DNA of 64,000 nucleotides from Octopus sinensis (lineage: Eukaryota). This document shows, in pieces, positions 50,323 through 64,000 of this stretch (positions are counted from its first letter, which is position 1; each line of letters begins with the position of its first letter). The stretch lies in NCBI RefSeq assembly GCF_006345805.1, contig NC_042998.1, forward strand, positions 170,810,001 to 170,874,000, written 5' to 3'. A model generated the notes under the pieces. The model was not told the origin of the DNA. It saw nothing but the letters and a program-made list of their open reading frames with translations, and made no database searches. Both the position numbers and the translations under genes were made by a program.

Positions 50323-51131
50323 TGCATTTGGTATCATTGTATTTTAACTTGAACTTCAACCATGATCTGCATTCATGGATGTGTTCTTAGAATTTCTCTT
50401 TCTATGATATTCAAGATTTTTTTTTCTTTTATGTAGAATAGTCATTAATAATGCAGTAATTGATACTTATTACAGATAAGACATGATTAATAAAGTGTCG
50501 ATACTATGGCTGTTCATAGTTTTATATTTTTGTTTCTGGAAACGCAGGCTGCCAAACTAGGAGATAAATTGAATTCTTATTGTTAAATCTTATTCAGCTG
50601 ATTTATATCTAAAGGAGTTCTAGCAATGACCATCCCTTATTTCTTCGGGTGTTAAACTTCCAACATTACATTGTTCAATGTTTTCCCTTTTTAAAAACAG
50701 TGTGTGATTTGAGGGAGTTTTGATTGATAAATTTAGCAGGTTGAGAGTCAATGTAGAGGCTCCTTCATTAACGTGTAATAAGTTTTGCTTCTGAATGTTT
50801 TTAAACTTTGTAGTTTTCCTGAGACTGGTAGTGTGCAATCTCATATGACATAGAACATAATTTTAATTGAAAGGATATAATTTTTGGTTGCTGTTTACTC
50901 CGAAGTGTGTAAGTAACATGCTACAACATTGTTGTGAGATGTAGGATGTGGTGCCTGAACAGTTGCAGGTGCTGGATTGGATGAGTTTTAATATGCCTGT
51001 TAAGTATATAGGGTTAATTTGAATGAACAAGTGATTTGAGGAAATATTTGGCCATCAAAGGCTGTGTTCAAAGTTCATGAGAGGCAGCTGCAGTATATGA
51101 CATGTCATGAGAATGGAAGATACATAATGGA

Positions 51132-51494
51132 CTAGCACTATGACCTGGCGTTGCCGGGTCATAGTGCTAGTGCATGTATATACAGCTGCGTGCGTGCGCA
51201 TATTAACGCGAGTACTGTCCATATCTCTGACCAATCACATACAGCTAGCTGGTATTCAATTGGCGTATCAAGTTTCGGGCATTTTGATTGGGTTTTGGAT
51301 AGAAAATTCTCAAAAAAGTCACTTCTATTGATTTTTTTAAATGGCTTTGCAGGATGACTGGGGCAATGTAAAGATGTGCACGGCCACCCTTGGACGGTTT
51401 TGAATGACCATAGAAAGTGCGAGCCCTCTAACTGAAAAATTGTGGATTTGTATAAAGGACACACACACAGTCATTTTGGCATTTTTATATATAT
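51132..51494 (-). mobile_element. Non-autonomous Helitron-like element
   Basis: Minus-strand CTAG|T end embedded in the hairpin CTAGCACTATGACCTGGC-GTT-GCCGGGTCATAGTGCTAG. Confidence 0.6.
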
Positions 51495-51495
51495 A

Positions 51496-51890
51496 CTAGC
51501 AGTATCGCCCGGCGTTGCTTGGGTTTGTAAGGGAAATAATTATATAAGCATTTTTAGAGATGTAAAGTATAATAGCCATCTCAATATGGCTAACCACAAA
51601 GGGGGAGGGGTGTTACTGTAGCTTTTTACGTTCTGAGATTTAATAATAAATTTTAGAGAGTTACTTCCCTTATATATGTCAAAAATGGATTTAAAATGGG
51701 AAAAATTGATGGCAAATTTTTTTTTAAATCGTAGACTCATCGTAGACGCGCGCTAATACCCAGACGGTCTCGATATGAATCACGACTATAAGATACCCGG
51801 TTTTGGTTAAACTGCACCGCAAAATGTGGGAGTAGTTAGGAATCTAAATCGTAGGAGACAGACACACAATCTCACTTTTATATATAAAGA
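51496..51890 (-). mobile_element. Non-autonomous Helitron
   Basis: Minus strand A|TC start at 51890, 3' GC-rich hairpin CCCAAGCAACGCCGGG and CTAG|T end at 51496. Confidence 0.8.
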
Positions 51891-52052
51891 TTTCCTCTAT
51901 TTACATAATATTGAGGTCTCTTTCTTTCTTTTGTTATCTTACTGTTTTTACCAATATATATATATATATATATATAAATATATATATAGTTACAGAGATG
52001 TACTTGCATAGCAAGTGACTTGATCTGAGATCGTGTGCTGGAACGAAAACAG

Positions 52053-52311
52053 TTGCAGCGTTGAAGGTGTTTATAAGCCATTTAAGAAACACACAAAAAC
52101 CGTTACATTCACTTCAACATTTAAATTTAATTTGCCAAAATATTTTCGTCGCTTTGAGACCGCGACCTGTTAGCACGATATTTTTGTCAGTGAACAGGTC
52201 ACGGTCTCAAAGCGAGGAAAATATTTTGGCAAATTAAATTTAAATGTTGAAGTGAATGTAACGGTTTTTGTGTGTTTCTTAAATGGCTTACAAACACCTT
52301 CCACGCTGCAA
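52053..52311. repeat. Fold-back (119-bp arms 52053-52171 and 52193-52311, 21-nt spacer) between TA tracts
   Basis: Arms are reverse complements with about four mismatches. Confidence 0.93.
52183..52233 (+). ncRNA. Minimal type-I hammerhead ribozyme, G3-C8 core variant with an extra G after A9
   Basis: UUUGUCA-GUGAACA-G-GUC(A)C(GGUCUCAAA)GCGA(G)-GAAA-AUAU-UU-UGGCAAA. The opposite arm supplies the intact stem II GUCGC/GCGAC. Stem I is 7 bp and stem III is the palindrome AAUAUU. Confidence 0.6.
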
Positions 52312-52384
52312 TATATATATACACACACATATATATATATGTATGTATGTATGTATGTGTGTATATGTGTCTGCATGTATGTGT

Positions 52385-52610
52385 GTGTGTGCGTGTCTGT
52401 GCTTGTGATTGTCCTCCACCACTGCTTGACAACGAATGTTGGTTTGTTTACATCCCTGTCACCTAGTGGTTTGACAAAAGAAACAGATAGAATAAGTACA
52501 ATGCTTACAAAAATAAAACTGGAGTTGATTCATTAAACTACAATTCTTCAAGGCATTGCCCCAGCATGGCCGCAGACCAATGGCTGGAAAAAGCAGAAGA
52601 ATAAAAGAAT
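52385..52610 (+). mobile_element. SINE family A tail half
   Basis: GATAGAATAAGTACA...CCAGCATGGCCGCAG...AGAATAAAAGAATA. Confidence 0.75.
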
Positions 52611-52722
52611 ACATTCTCTGCTTTGGTCTTATGTATTCGTCGTAAAAACTTTCCTGTCACACACACACGCACACACACACACACACGCACCCTCACGCAC
52701 GCACACGCACGCACACGCACAC

Positions 52723-52771
<49 letters not shown>

Positions 52772-53129
52772 AGCTTACAATTTTATTTATATATTTGCGT
52801 GTCTATGTGTTGAAAGAGGAAGTGGGAGGCAGAGTGAAAGAATCACTCACTACAGTAAGTGAATTACTATCATTTTATTCGTTGCCCACTGTGTGTGTGC
52901 GTTTGCGTGTGGTGTAAACCAGACTAAGAAAAGCATTTGACACACACACCAGAATGTGAGTTTTCTGTAAATTTTGCTTAACTGGAGTTTAAATTTTAAA
53001 AACTGGACCTGGCATGACGCGATGCATTGTACTCTTAAAATTGCTAGGTAAATTGTAATTGAAGAAATCCTATATTGTAGATTTGTATAACTCCCAAAGG
53101 GAGGCAGATAAAATCTGCCTTTTATAATA

Positions 53130-53191
<62 letters not shown>

Positions 53192-54399
53192 ATTAAAAAA
53201 GTAAGGCAATGGCAGGCTAAGGAAGGCACAATAAAAAGAAATGAGTTTAAAAGTTGTTGATGTTAATTACTTTCATATGTTTGAAAATTATATAAAAGAT
53301 GCCTATTTTATTGTAACTAATTCAGAAAACCATTTTAGTAACTGGTGCTACCTAGTAAATTGTTTAAGGCATTATTTATTCAGTGTTTTTCTTTTATCTT
53401 TTATAACTTAGCTAGAGAAGCAAGGACCCTTATTTTTTTTCTCAAGGCTTCTGAGACTGGTGTGATGAAGGAAGTTTCTCAACTCAAATACTAGTCCAAA
53501 TACTCATAAGTGGCTCTACTAGCAATAGCTATGGGCTAGGTGGTAGTGTAAACTTGAGTGACAGATAGTCTACAATCCCCACATAAAAGCTGTCTCTTCA
53601 GTAGGCTCCCACATAGTTTCTGTCTATCAAATTTCACTCATAGGGCTTTGTTTAACATGATTCCATGATAGAAGATACTTGGCAAATTTGTTAGAAAATG
53701 ATATTAAACAAGAAATTAAAGTTGTGAAGCAATTGTTCTAAAATTCATGCCTGTTTATAACAATAGGATCTTTTACTAAAATGCTGTTCTAGCTTAATGA
53801 TCTTCATTCTCGAGAATTTTGTCTACAAAATGCAGTATCATATACTATTACCAAAATGGAGATCCGGAAAAATATTCTGTAGAGCTGGGGGAAGATTATT
53901 AATGTCATATAGTAATAGGTTAAATGCTTAAAATTATTTTGTTCTTCTGCTTCTGAGTTCAAATGTTGATTTTGCACTTTATGTCTGATATTGATTCATT
54001 TGCCTACACTTTCTGCTTCTAAATATGTGATCCAGTACTAATGAGATTGTATGACATTGTCTTGCATATATATTTTCCCCTTTAAGTGATGTAATTCATG
54101 GAAAATTTTTAGAGCATTTTCCTTTTTTTTTTCTTTCTGTTTTTATACATACATGTACATATGCATGCATCCATTCACATACACATACAAATATAAAACG
54201 CATTTTCAATTTTTATACATATATTCACACACTCACGCACACACATCTGTTAGCAACTGGACAGAATCTGTCACAAGGTATGTACACTCCCAGCAGCTGA
54301 ATTTTATGTAGTGGTATACATTTTAAAAAGCAAACTGAAATTGTAAAACAGTTTACACTCATGATTGAAGCTATTTCACTTATATACAGCTTATTACCT

Positions 54400-55150
54400 T
54401 TCTAAAAAAGGCATGAACACCACTAAATCTCCCTTCTAAATGATTGTTAAAGACTGTCTTTGCAGCTTTTGTGCTACATTCCTAATAGTGACACCTATTC
54501 TCTTGTCTCCTTAACTGCAGCTAGTTTCTTTCTGTACAGTAAAATTTGATAATTTTTTTCTGACCGAATATTAAAAAATTACTAGTGGTTTCCTCTATCT
54601 CAGAGACAGCTAAGTGGACTACTGATATTATTCTTCTATGTATGTCTCTCTACGCCTCTAAAAAGAAAACACACAATCCTTTAAATGGTTCAGTCATAGC
54701 TGCAATGAAAGCCCATTTTATCAACTCTTGTGTCCTTTTATTTTGGTTTTTGCTTTCTTTATTCTTTCTTTTATGTCTAAATGACCTCCCCCAGTTGCTT
54801 CTAATGACACAATCCTATGTGAATGATGATACCCTTAACCTTCTATATACATAGAAATCTTACTTAAGATGTGAACTGCTTTCATGATTAAAGTTCTTTA
54901 AAATATTCTTTAATAAGGACATGACAACCTAATCTCCTTTAACAGTACAAAGCACAATCACTCTACACATCTGTATCTTCTCTATGCTGAACAAAAACTA
55001 AAATCTTAAAGATCCTAGTATTATGATGGCAACCTCAAAATACAATATTACTAAAACTGCATCCTAAAGATTAGGTTTCCTTTTCAGACCTGATCAGTTG
55101 GTGACCCTCTATAAACTTTAGTGCACTTTGCACAGGGGTACTGCTCACAC
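54400..55150 (+). pseudogene. Decayed LINE RT remnant
   Basis: LFFLLCLNDLP...SYVNDDTL resembles LFLLFINDL...YADDTTL. Confidence 0.6.
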
Positions 55151-57949
55151 ACATTTAAAATAGTTTTGCTGATATGCATTTCGTCAACAATATTTAAAAA
55201 AAATTTGCTTTCATCATTCTAGGTTCTGTACCAGTAGAATCCTAGAGTTAATTTAATCGACTAAAGCCTAACCCCACAATTTTATCAGCTTTTGTCAATG
55301 TAAGAAATACTATTGTTGTATGAAATTAGAATATCAGACCAGATGCTACTTTAGAGTTCAGAGTTCAATTTTTTGAATTGATAAAATAAATTCTAACTTT
55401 GATTCAATTATTTGTACATCCACCCTTTCAAAAGTTGACCTTGTTCCTAGTCAAATGAAATATTTATTTACATACCTATATTTTTAGCACTCATTATTTA
55501 TGATTATATCCTTTTCTCTAATTTTACTCTGCTTTTTTTTTAAACAAAACAAAATTTTTTATAACTGAACTCAGTGTTTATACTGAGTTTCTTGTAATCT
55601 TATACAACCTCAGTTTAGTTTATTTTAGTATTTTAAAAGCTAGTTTTCAAATATAATTATTTTTTAGTATAAATAACTGAATCAAAGAAGCTAATTAAAC
55701 TGAACTATTTTAAATAACAACAGTACAAATTTGGTTGTTGGCAGAATACATTTTGATACTAGTTTCATTTCAGTGGTTTTTATCCTAGCAGAATACAATA
55801 ACTCTAACAAAAATATCTCCTTCTCAGTGGCTCAATCCACCTAGTTTGTAAATAGGTTCTACAGAGTACTGTCTGTTATAGTTAGGTGTATTGGGCCATT
55901 GAGAAATAACTTAATTTTTAATTAGATACTTATAGGAGCATTGTATAATTTGACAAATGTTTTGTTGGAGCTTGAAGTACCAATTATAATTTCTATTCAT
56001 ATAGCTTGATGAGGGATAGATTCTATCGAGCTTAACTTGTGCTGGATAGACTACATGACAGTGAAGTCTTCAGTGAACAGTTTTGTGGTTTTAATGGGGT
56101 TGCGATAGCTGTTGCCACTACCACCACCACCTTATTTAACTACTCATTTAAGTGGCTATATCTTGCTCAGCTATAGTGTGGATAAATTGACTCCTTGTTT
56201 CTGAATGATAGCTCAGCCTGTCAATATTTCTCTTGATTTTAAGATGATTGTTTTATTTTAATTTTCATCATTTATGGTATAATAATGGTATATTTTTTCA
56301 AAGCTCTTATTCACTTAAACAATATGTCTATGAAGAGGCAGACTTATAAACTTTAAAAAATTTCAATTCACGAAAATATTGGTTATATTTCATTTATTTA
56401 TTTTCTAATTTTAATCACCTGAATTGAAAAATAATGCTTTTCCAAACTTCAGTTTTTTCTGTTTTCCTTATAGAATGAGCAGAGATACAATGACAGAAAA
56501 ATTTGGGGAGTATCTTTGACGTCATTGCAGCAACATGAAGGGTATAAAGTAAGGCCCTTTTCCTCCTGACCTCATCGTCTGTGATTTGCACTTCATTATC
56601 ACAACCTATAATAAATAATTTCCTCTTCTTAGCCCTTATCCTGGAAACTATACTAGGATATATTTGCTTTTTAACAGATAAAATTCTTCTCTTCAATTAA
56701 TTCTTTCAAACTGAGCTGCAACTTCTCTCTTTAACTTCTTCCTAGATTTCTAAATCATCTGTTATTAATTAATTCATGAATTGGTCATGATCAAGTGAAT
56801 ATCTTTGATTTAGTTATATATACATGCATGTGTGATTTTCTTTTAAAGATTTAGTCTACTTTAGAAGAAAGATGCATTTTCATTGTCATCACTTCATGTC
56901 CAAATGAAATTTACTTAAATTCTTAAATTCTGCAAAAAAGAATAAAAAAAAGAAAGAGAAATATAGGAAAAATGCAATTATGCACGATTTTAGTTAAGTG
57001 CATTGTAAGTAATAATATTAATGAAGATGGTAATGGAAATGTAATTTTTGAAAATAATAATTTTGAATGTAAAAACAAAAAGTAAATATTGACTAAGATT
57101 AAAATCATTTGATGGATATTGATAAAAGTATTGTTTAACTAAAAAGATAGAGGAGTGCAGCTTCAGTTTCTCAATATAGAATAGTATTGAGATGTTCCAC
57201 TACATGTGGCAAGGGAGATTAAATGATTACTTCTGCAAATGAGGATAATCAGTTACTGCCATTCTACTAATCTCATAGACCTTAAATCATCTAACTAATA
57301 TGTTTAACTATCAATTCTTATTGTTCTTAAATACTTATTTCAATCTGGTTTTCTAATATCTTCTGAGAAAGGCTATTCGCTTAGTTTCTCTAATCAAAAG
57401 CTTTATAGACATTTCTTTCGATGGATTCTCCTCATTCAAGATGTTTTAATCTTTTTCCCCCTTAATTTTAAAGGCTTCTAAAATGTTTTGCTTTTTTAAA
57501 ATCTTTTTATAAAATCTTTTTTAATAATCCATAGATGTGTAGTTGTTGTTGTTTTTCTTCAGCCTGCTGCTAATTATGGCTTGGGCTTTATTTTATTTTA
57601 ATTATAGAGAATTGTTTGTTTTATTTTATTGGATTTTTTCCTCTGCATTTAATAAATATTTTTACTCACTGTAGATTTAGCTTGGATATTTATTACTGTT
57701 GTGAGCTTACAGTAATGTATTATTCTTTTAAAGTTTTAGTGATTTGATTTTTGTAAATTTACAAAAGATTCTTTCAAAATATCACTTTAGACACATTAGA
57801 ACAACTTCTACTTTTGATGAGGATGAAATTTGCTTTAAGAGTTATTAATGATTTTGTTTTGAAATAGATTTGATTCCAGAACTATTGACATCTATTCAAT
57901 TAAATACTTAATTATACACATGTATTAAATGGCACACTGATCAGATGTT

Positions 57950-58750
57950 AAACATATAATCAGTGTTTGATTAAAAATCCACATCAATAATTCAAACACT
58001 GTTATATTGCCTCAGTCTCTATCTGACTGACATCTAGCTGTAAAGCCTGCTGCAGCAATTTATGCAGGCATTGAAAAATGAATGAAAAAGATAGGAAGAA
58101 AACATATCTTGTCAGGCTCTGTTGATGCTGGAAACACCAGTTTGTCCAATGTTCATTCAAGATAAATTAAGGTAATATTGTGTTAAACTTTGTTCAGGTG
58201 TGATTTACAAAGCATAACTGAATAGCCTTAACTGCTTTCAGTAAAATATCAAAGCAGCAAATAATGTCTGGCATTAAAATTGTTTGAAGTAGAAAAGAAT
58301 TCATACAGAAAATTAAACAAAAGTAACCTTAAACAATATGGTATCTCATTTCAATGTAGCATTAGTCTTGAGGTCAACAATTCATGTCCCACAAGCAGTG
58401 CTGTATTGTCAATGTCTGATTCTTGAAACTCTTTCAAATAGATGCCATAGTTTGGTACAAGTTAAGCTGTTAACAGCATGTTTTTTGTGTTAGCTTACAA
58501 AAATGAAGATACGTCCTTTCATAAAGTATAGCTTGAAGTGAAATGGGTTCACTAGATAACTTACTATAGCAATATAAATATACCTTATGAAGATAGTTCT
58601 GCAAAAATTAATCATATGACTTGATGCATTATGGAACTCACAAAACATTTTATTGTAAGCTGCATACAATCCAGCTTTTTATTATTTTTTAAATTTCATT
58701 TCTTTTTTCTGCTCATGCTATTTAAGTAGACTTTTAGTTTGTGCTTTTTC
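57950..58750 (-). pseudogene. Possible heavily decayed LINE RT remnant
   Basis: Only weak KAFDSV-like and GVRQG-like traces on the minus strand. Confidence 0.3.
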
Positions 58751-59894
58751 ATTGAATTCTGAAATGTATGAAAACTGTGTTTATTTTGGGATATTTGAAA
58801 CTTATAGATATTTGTCAACAAAAAAAAAAAAGAGAGAAAAAAGCCATTAGTTTTACAGAAACATAAACTTTATCTTAATTCAACAAAGCCCATGATAATT
58901 CTCAGTTAAGTATTTTAACGCTATTTCATTCAATTGTTTCTTGTCATAGATTTCTGCTACAGTCTATGTTAAACTCTATAATGTTTAAGAATTGGAAAAA
59001 TCTTAATGTTATCACTATCATTTCTTTAAACCTTTTTTTCCCCATCTATTTGCATGTTTGCTACCCTATAATAATAATAATTGTTTGAGTAGTCATAACA
59101 ACTCTAACTTCCTCTAACTTTTTGCTAGATGGCCTACATTATAACCATCACTTTTATTATTAAATGCCAATTACCAACATTTTCAAATATTTGCATGTTG
59201 ATAATTTTTTTATGTATCACTTGTATAATTCATAGGTTTTCATTTTCTTTATAGAAAGTTTTTTTTTGTATATTAACTTGATCTTTCCAATTAGTATTAT
59301 TTGTACCTTAAATGTAAGCATGTGCATACACATATACATGCGCACACACACACACACACACACATATATACATGCATACACACACACACACAGGTAGATA
59401 CAGACATAGCTGTTCTTAAGGAGTTTGCTTACCAAACACTAGGTTTCAGATTCAAACCTATAGCACAGCATCTTGGGCATGTATCTTTTACTATACCTTG
59501 AGAGTGAATGTGGTAAACAGAAACTGAAAGAATGTGTGTGTGTGTTTCTATTTGCATGTCTCTGAATATCACAAGCTACAAGTGGTGATTGTATAATTTC
59601 TCTTCTCAACAAGTTATCTGCTAGCTTTGTCCCACCACCAAAGACATGTAAGGTAAAACATCGCTTACTTGAAAAATAGCTATGGGTTAGTGACAGGAAG
59701 GGTATCCAGTTGTAAAACAATGCCTCTGCAGCATGTTCATGTAACTCGTGCTTGCATGGAAAGATAGTCATAAAACAAGAGTGAATACATACACACACAC
59801 ACCATTTTTAAAACAGTTGAGCAGATTTATTTTTTTCTTTATTGTTTCTGTTGACAGTTTCTTAATATGTCAATGCCTAGTTGTTGATGATATA

Positions 59895-59932
<38 letters not shown>

Positions 59933-60219
59933 TGTTAACTTTTACTGGATATACATTTCGTATTATATAAAACTATAAACAAAGTTAGTACATTCTAGAA
60001 TGAGTTATATTATTTCTAATTTTCAAAGTTCAACTGATTTAATCATCTCTTGATAAAAATTTAAGCAACTAAGTTAAACAGAATTTAACTATTTGAAAAA
60101 TTGTGTCCCCGCTGGCAGTTTGCTGTGTTTGAAAAGATCCATCATGCTAAGTGATTGTCCTTGTATACAGGCTCAACCCCTGCAATCCTCTATAGCTCGG
60201 CATCCCTAATCTTGCAGAC

Positions 60220-60447
60220 TTGTAGGTGCTGGTGCAACATAAAAAGCACCCATACTGGTGCTGCATAAAAGCACCCATACTGGTGCTGCATAAAAGCACC
60301 CAGTACACTCCGTAAAGTGGTTGGCATAAGGAAGGGAATCTAACCATAGAAACCATGCCAAAACAGACGGAGCCCAAACAGCCCTTCAGTTGGTCAGCTC
60401 CTGTTAAACCACCCAACCCATGAAAAACAGATGTTAAATGATGATAA
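60220..60447 (+). mobile_element. Family R element with tandem 24-bp head repeats
   Basis: CTGGTGCTGCATAAAAGCACCCA repeated, then GGTTGGCATAAGGAAGGG and the GATGTTAAATGATGAT tail. Confidence 0.7.
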
Positions 60448-61934
60448 TGTATAGTGTAGAAATAAAGTATTTTCTAGATTAGTATCTTAAATATTTTATT
60501 TTGCCATTATTTGTTGCAGAAAATTTTATCTTTTATGATGACTGCTTAATAGGGAAGGCATCAGTTTTCAGGATTTAAAATTGGAATAGTCTTGCAATTG
60601 TCTGAAATACTGACATTTGAACATTTATAACAAATAAAATGAGGATTGTTTTGTAGACAACCTAGAGTGAAGATCAGTGGAGAAAATTCATCAATGGCCT
60701 ATGCTCAATTGGAAGCAAAGGGCCTAAGTAAGTAGATAAGAATTTGGGAGCATGTAGTAAAATAGCTCTTTCATTAAGAAGCTGAGGTTTGGAATATATG
60801 TTTTCTTGCGTAAAATTATGATGGACTGTTTTGATTTAAATAGGAACACTATTTCATATGTAACCAGAGGCACTCAGGTGGGTTGGTATTGAAATGGTTA
60901 AATGTCTTATATTTGTATGGCTTAATAAACTCCACAATTACTTTATGCCATTTCATCAGTACATCTTTGGTTTTATGCTTATTCTTGATTTTTAAATTTA
61001 ATTATGCTTTAAATATGCTTGAACTTATTCTCTTCATATTAACTATGCATTTCCTATTATCTCTGTATTCTCTTTTACAAATTCACTCTAACTCAATTTG
61101 CTTTCATTTAATATTTTTGTTGCTCAGTTTTGCTGCAACTAAATACAAAATTGTTTCAAAGCTGTTAAACTATATAGATATAAAAAGAGTAAAACATGTT
61201 TGTGAGATTGAATCTAAAAAGTCATAACTCAGAGTAGATGATTCCTTGTGGTTTTCCCTGTAGCTTAAAAATGAATCGGCCCCCAAATATTTGGATTTTA
61301 AGCAAGTCACTCTAGCGATGGTTAATGTCAAGCATGTTGTATGTCAGACAATATGACATAAATAGAAGGCTATATCATTTTCTCATATAATTAAAAAAAA
61401 ATGAGAGAAAGAGAGGTTATGTACACATCCTTTGTAAGTCTTCTAAGGCTGTTCAGATTTATGCAAATGATCAATTTGAGATGTTGAAAGTTGATGTCTG
61501 CAGGAAAAATATGGATAGGAAAGGAATTCTAGAGGATTGATGTTTTAATAAGAAAGGATTGGCAATAGGGGTTAGTGTGGGGCTTGAATAGTAAACCACA
61601 ATACAAGTGATGCACAATAGACAGATGGGTGGGCTTATGTGGAGGCAGTGAGATACCTCTGAAGAGCAGAGATTATTAAAGTTGTTACAAATAGTAGGAA
61701 GATATCTGTGGGCTTGATGTTGAAATGTGTTGGTGAATAAGTCTTTGTCATTAAGCTAAATAGCTTTACATTGAATGCAGTTGAAGATCTGTGTGTGTGT
61801 ATAGAAATAGAGGTTGAGAACAACATTCCATTGTAGATTTCATTTGAATTTTAAGAGTCACCAGCTGTTTTGGGATTGAAATATTTTCTGACTCTGGAGA
61901 GTAAGTCAGTATTTAGAACATAATTTTTGCTATA

Positions 61935-62096
61935 TTCTTCTTCTTCTTTCTTCTCTTTATGTTTCCATGCTAGCATGGGTTGGACATATGACTGAGGGCT
62001 GGCGAACCAGATGGCTGCACCTGGCTTCAATCTTGATCTGGCAGAGTTTCTACAGCTGGATGCCCTTCCTAACGCCAACCACTCTGAGAGTGTAGT
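61935..62096 (-). mobile_element. Family R element fragment
   Basis: TTTCTACAGCTGGATGCCCTTCCTAACGCCAACCACTC. Confidence 0.75.
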
Positions 62097-62363
62097 GTGT
62101 GTGTATATATATACACATATACATATATATACATATATACACATGCATGCACATATACACACATATACATATATATACATATACACACATATACATACAT
62201 ATACACATACACATACATACACATATACATATATATACATACATACATACACATACATACACACATACACATACATATATACATATACACACATACATAC
62301 ATACATACATACATATATACATACATACACACATACATACATACATACACATATATATATATA
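62097..62363. repeat. Compound TA/CA/TACA microsatellite
   Basis: Seen directly; source of six spurious ORFs. Confidence 0.95.
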
Positions 62364-63830
62364 TTTGTAGAAGTGTTTGGGTTTGCAATGGAAAGTTTTT
62401 CAGAGCCCTGACAATATACATAAACTGGGATGGGTGGAGATATTCAGAGCTGCCAACAACAAAAGTTTACTTCTAAGATCACTTGGTGGGAATAAAAGAA
62501 ATTCTCTTTGTAAGTCACTACTGGATTGAAATTGAAGAAAATATATAACAAAATCAGCCATTATATACGGACATATAATATTGCTGTTAAGTACACTGGT
62601 TATTGTAGTATTGCTGATGTACTTATTAAATAAAATAGATATTTTGTTTTTTTTCAGTAACACACCAAAAAGACTACATATTGCTTTCAAGATGATATAT
62701 TTTTAAAGATGTATTATGAACAAATCCTACGGAACAGATGAAAATAGTAAAATCGGGTGGTGGGGGGAAAACCATTCTGCATTCAGTCAGCGTAAAAAAA
62801 CGAGCCTGTAGATGTCTTCATACACAGTGAATAACATGCACAGAGACATGTGTACTGACGCAGGGTCTGGCCAGGCAATGGATATTTTCTTCAATTAAAA
62901 TCTAAGGCAACAATTAAGTTTTAACACTTTTGTAGACTGGCAGCACCAAACATCTTTGGAGATACTAAGCTGGTACTGACTGTTAAGACTTTCTCCTTCC
63001 TTTCACCAACGCCTATTTTTTCACCCATTCACGCACGCACGCATGCACACGCACACTCGGACACCACATCTTTTAACTGCTAAATCACATTTTGTTGACA
63101 TTACAAAGATCCCAAGAAATATTACATAATCTATAGATTGACAGAAGTAAAAAATATATTTCTGAACTTGTTTGACAAATTTCAGGCAGTGTCAGGATTG
63201 GTTGGACGATAAGGTATAAAGTGGGAACGTCTCTCCAGAAGAAGCTACTAAACTGACTGGATAGGACGAAGCCCCTGTGGTGGCACAAGTAGAAATACTT
63301 TCCATTGGGGTCAACTCTATGCCTGATTCACATTTACTGGGTGTCATATAAGTTCTGGTCATATAATTTACTGGGTGTCATATTATGGATGTAAAATCAT
63401 CAGTTTTTGTGATGCTAAGCAATCTATAGCAGTTTTGAAGACCTGCACGAAACTGTCACAAGGGAGGACATTTAGGAGGGTACAATGGTACAGCTTTCAT
63501 ATTATGATTAATTTCTCTCATCAGCTATAAATCGACATTGTAAAAATAATGCAATGTTCCGTTTTATTGGACTGTTTTACTTTCCTTTAAGGTGTCATAT
63601 TAAAGATTAAAAGAGTGATCTGTTGGATTTTCATGCTATAGTTGGTGGGTTTCTATTTTGTTTTTTTATTAACCATTGCTAGGCTGTTATTTATGTTATC
63701 ACCTATATTTTTCTTCTACATAAATTGATTTATCAATGTAGCACAATCAAGTTATTGGAAAAAGTAATGTATAAATAGATATGTATATTTGTGTATAAGA
63801 ATGTATAAATATTTGTATGTATATATATAA

Positions 63831-64000
63831 TATCTATCTATCCGCTCAGTCGGAGTTGACTCTCGGTTACTCGTTGGATCAGTGTCCTCCAGTCAGTTCT
63901 ATCCTGGGCTGCTTCTTTCAAATTGGCTTTGTCCATTCCGGTATCACTCTTGATGGTGTCAAGCCAGCAGGTTCTTGGTCGGCCTCTTCCTCTCTTGCCA
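63831..64000 (-). pseudogene. RTE/BovB-like LINE 3' end, running off the window edge
   Basis: GKRGRGRPRTCWLDTIKSDTGMDKANLKEAAQDRTDWRTLIQRVTESQLRLSG* followed by a (GATA)n tail. Confidence 0.85.

Noticed and set aside
56415-56696. 93-aa basic ORF, and the non-repetitive ORFs at 43116 and 63085
   Set aside because: No recognisable motifs, non-ATG starts and no convincing splice structure; a database search would be needed.

Overview
This is AT-rich, microsatellite-dense eukaryotic DNA, most likely from an octopus (inferred from the SINE families; not provable without a search). Almost all ORFs in the supplied track are microsatellite or repeat artefacts. The one recognisable host gene is the first coding exon of a CLEC16A/Ema/GOP-1 orthologue (+, 23701 or 23779 to 23855). 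I found no exon 2 by eye, so the remaining ~40 kb appears to be intron 1. The rest is transposon debris: tRNA-derived SINEs, decayed RTE and CR1/L2-like LINEs, mariner, hAT, piggyBac-type and Helitron non-autonomous elements, and a probable solo LTR. The most interesting signal is a set of unrelated long fold-back (head-to-head inverted) insertions lodged in or beside (TA)n tracts, resembling Penelope-like element (PLE) pseudo-LTR ends. Four of them carry minimal type-I hammerhead ribozyme motifs, which together use three different N3-N8 core pairs: C3-G8 at 1928 and 26596, A3-U8 at 3881, and G3-C8 at 52183. One sits in a perfect 367-bp palindrome inside the CLEC16A intron. A PLE endonuclease remnant lies beside one of them. 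A three-copy repeat also carries a conserved structured island with hammerhead pieces in a non-circular order, and there is a degenerate HDV-like ribozyme candidate. All RNA structures were derived by hand and are untested. Boundaries of decayed repeats are approximate.
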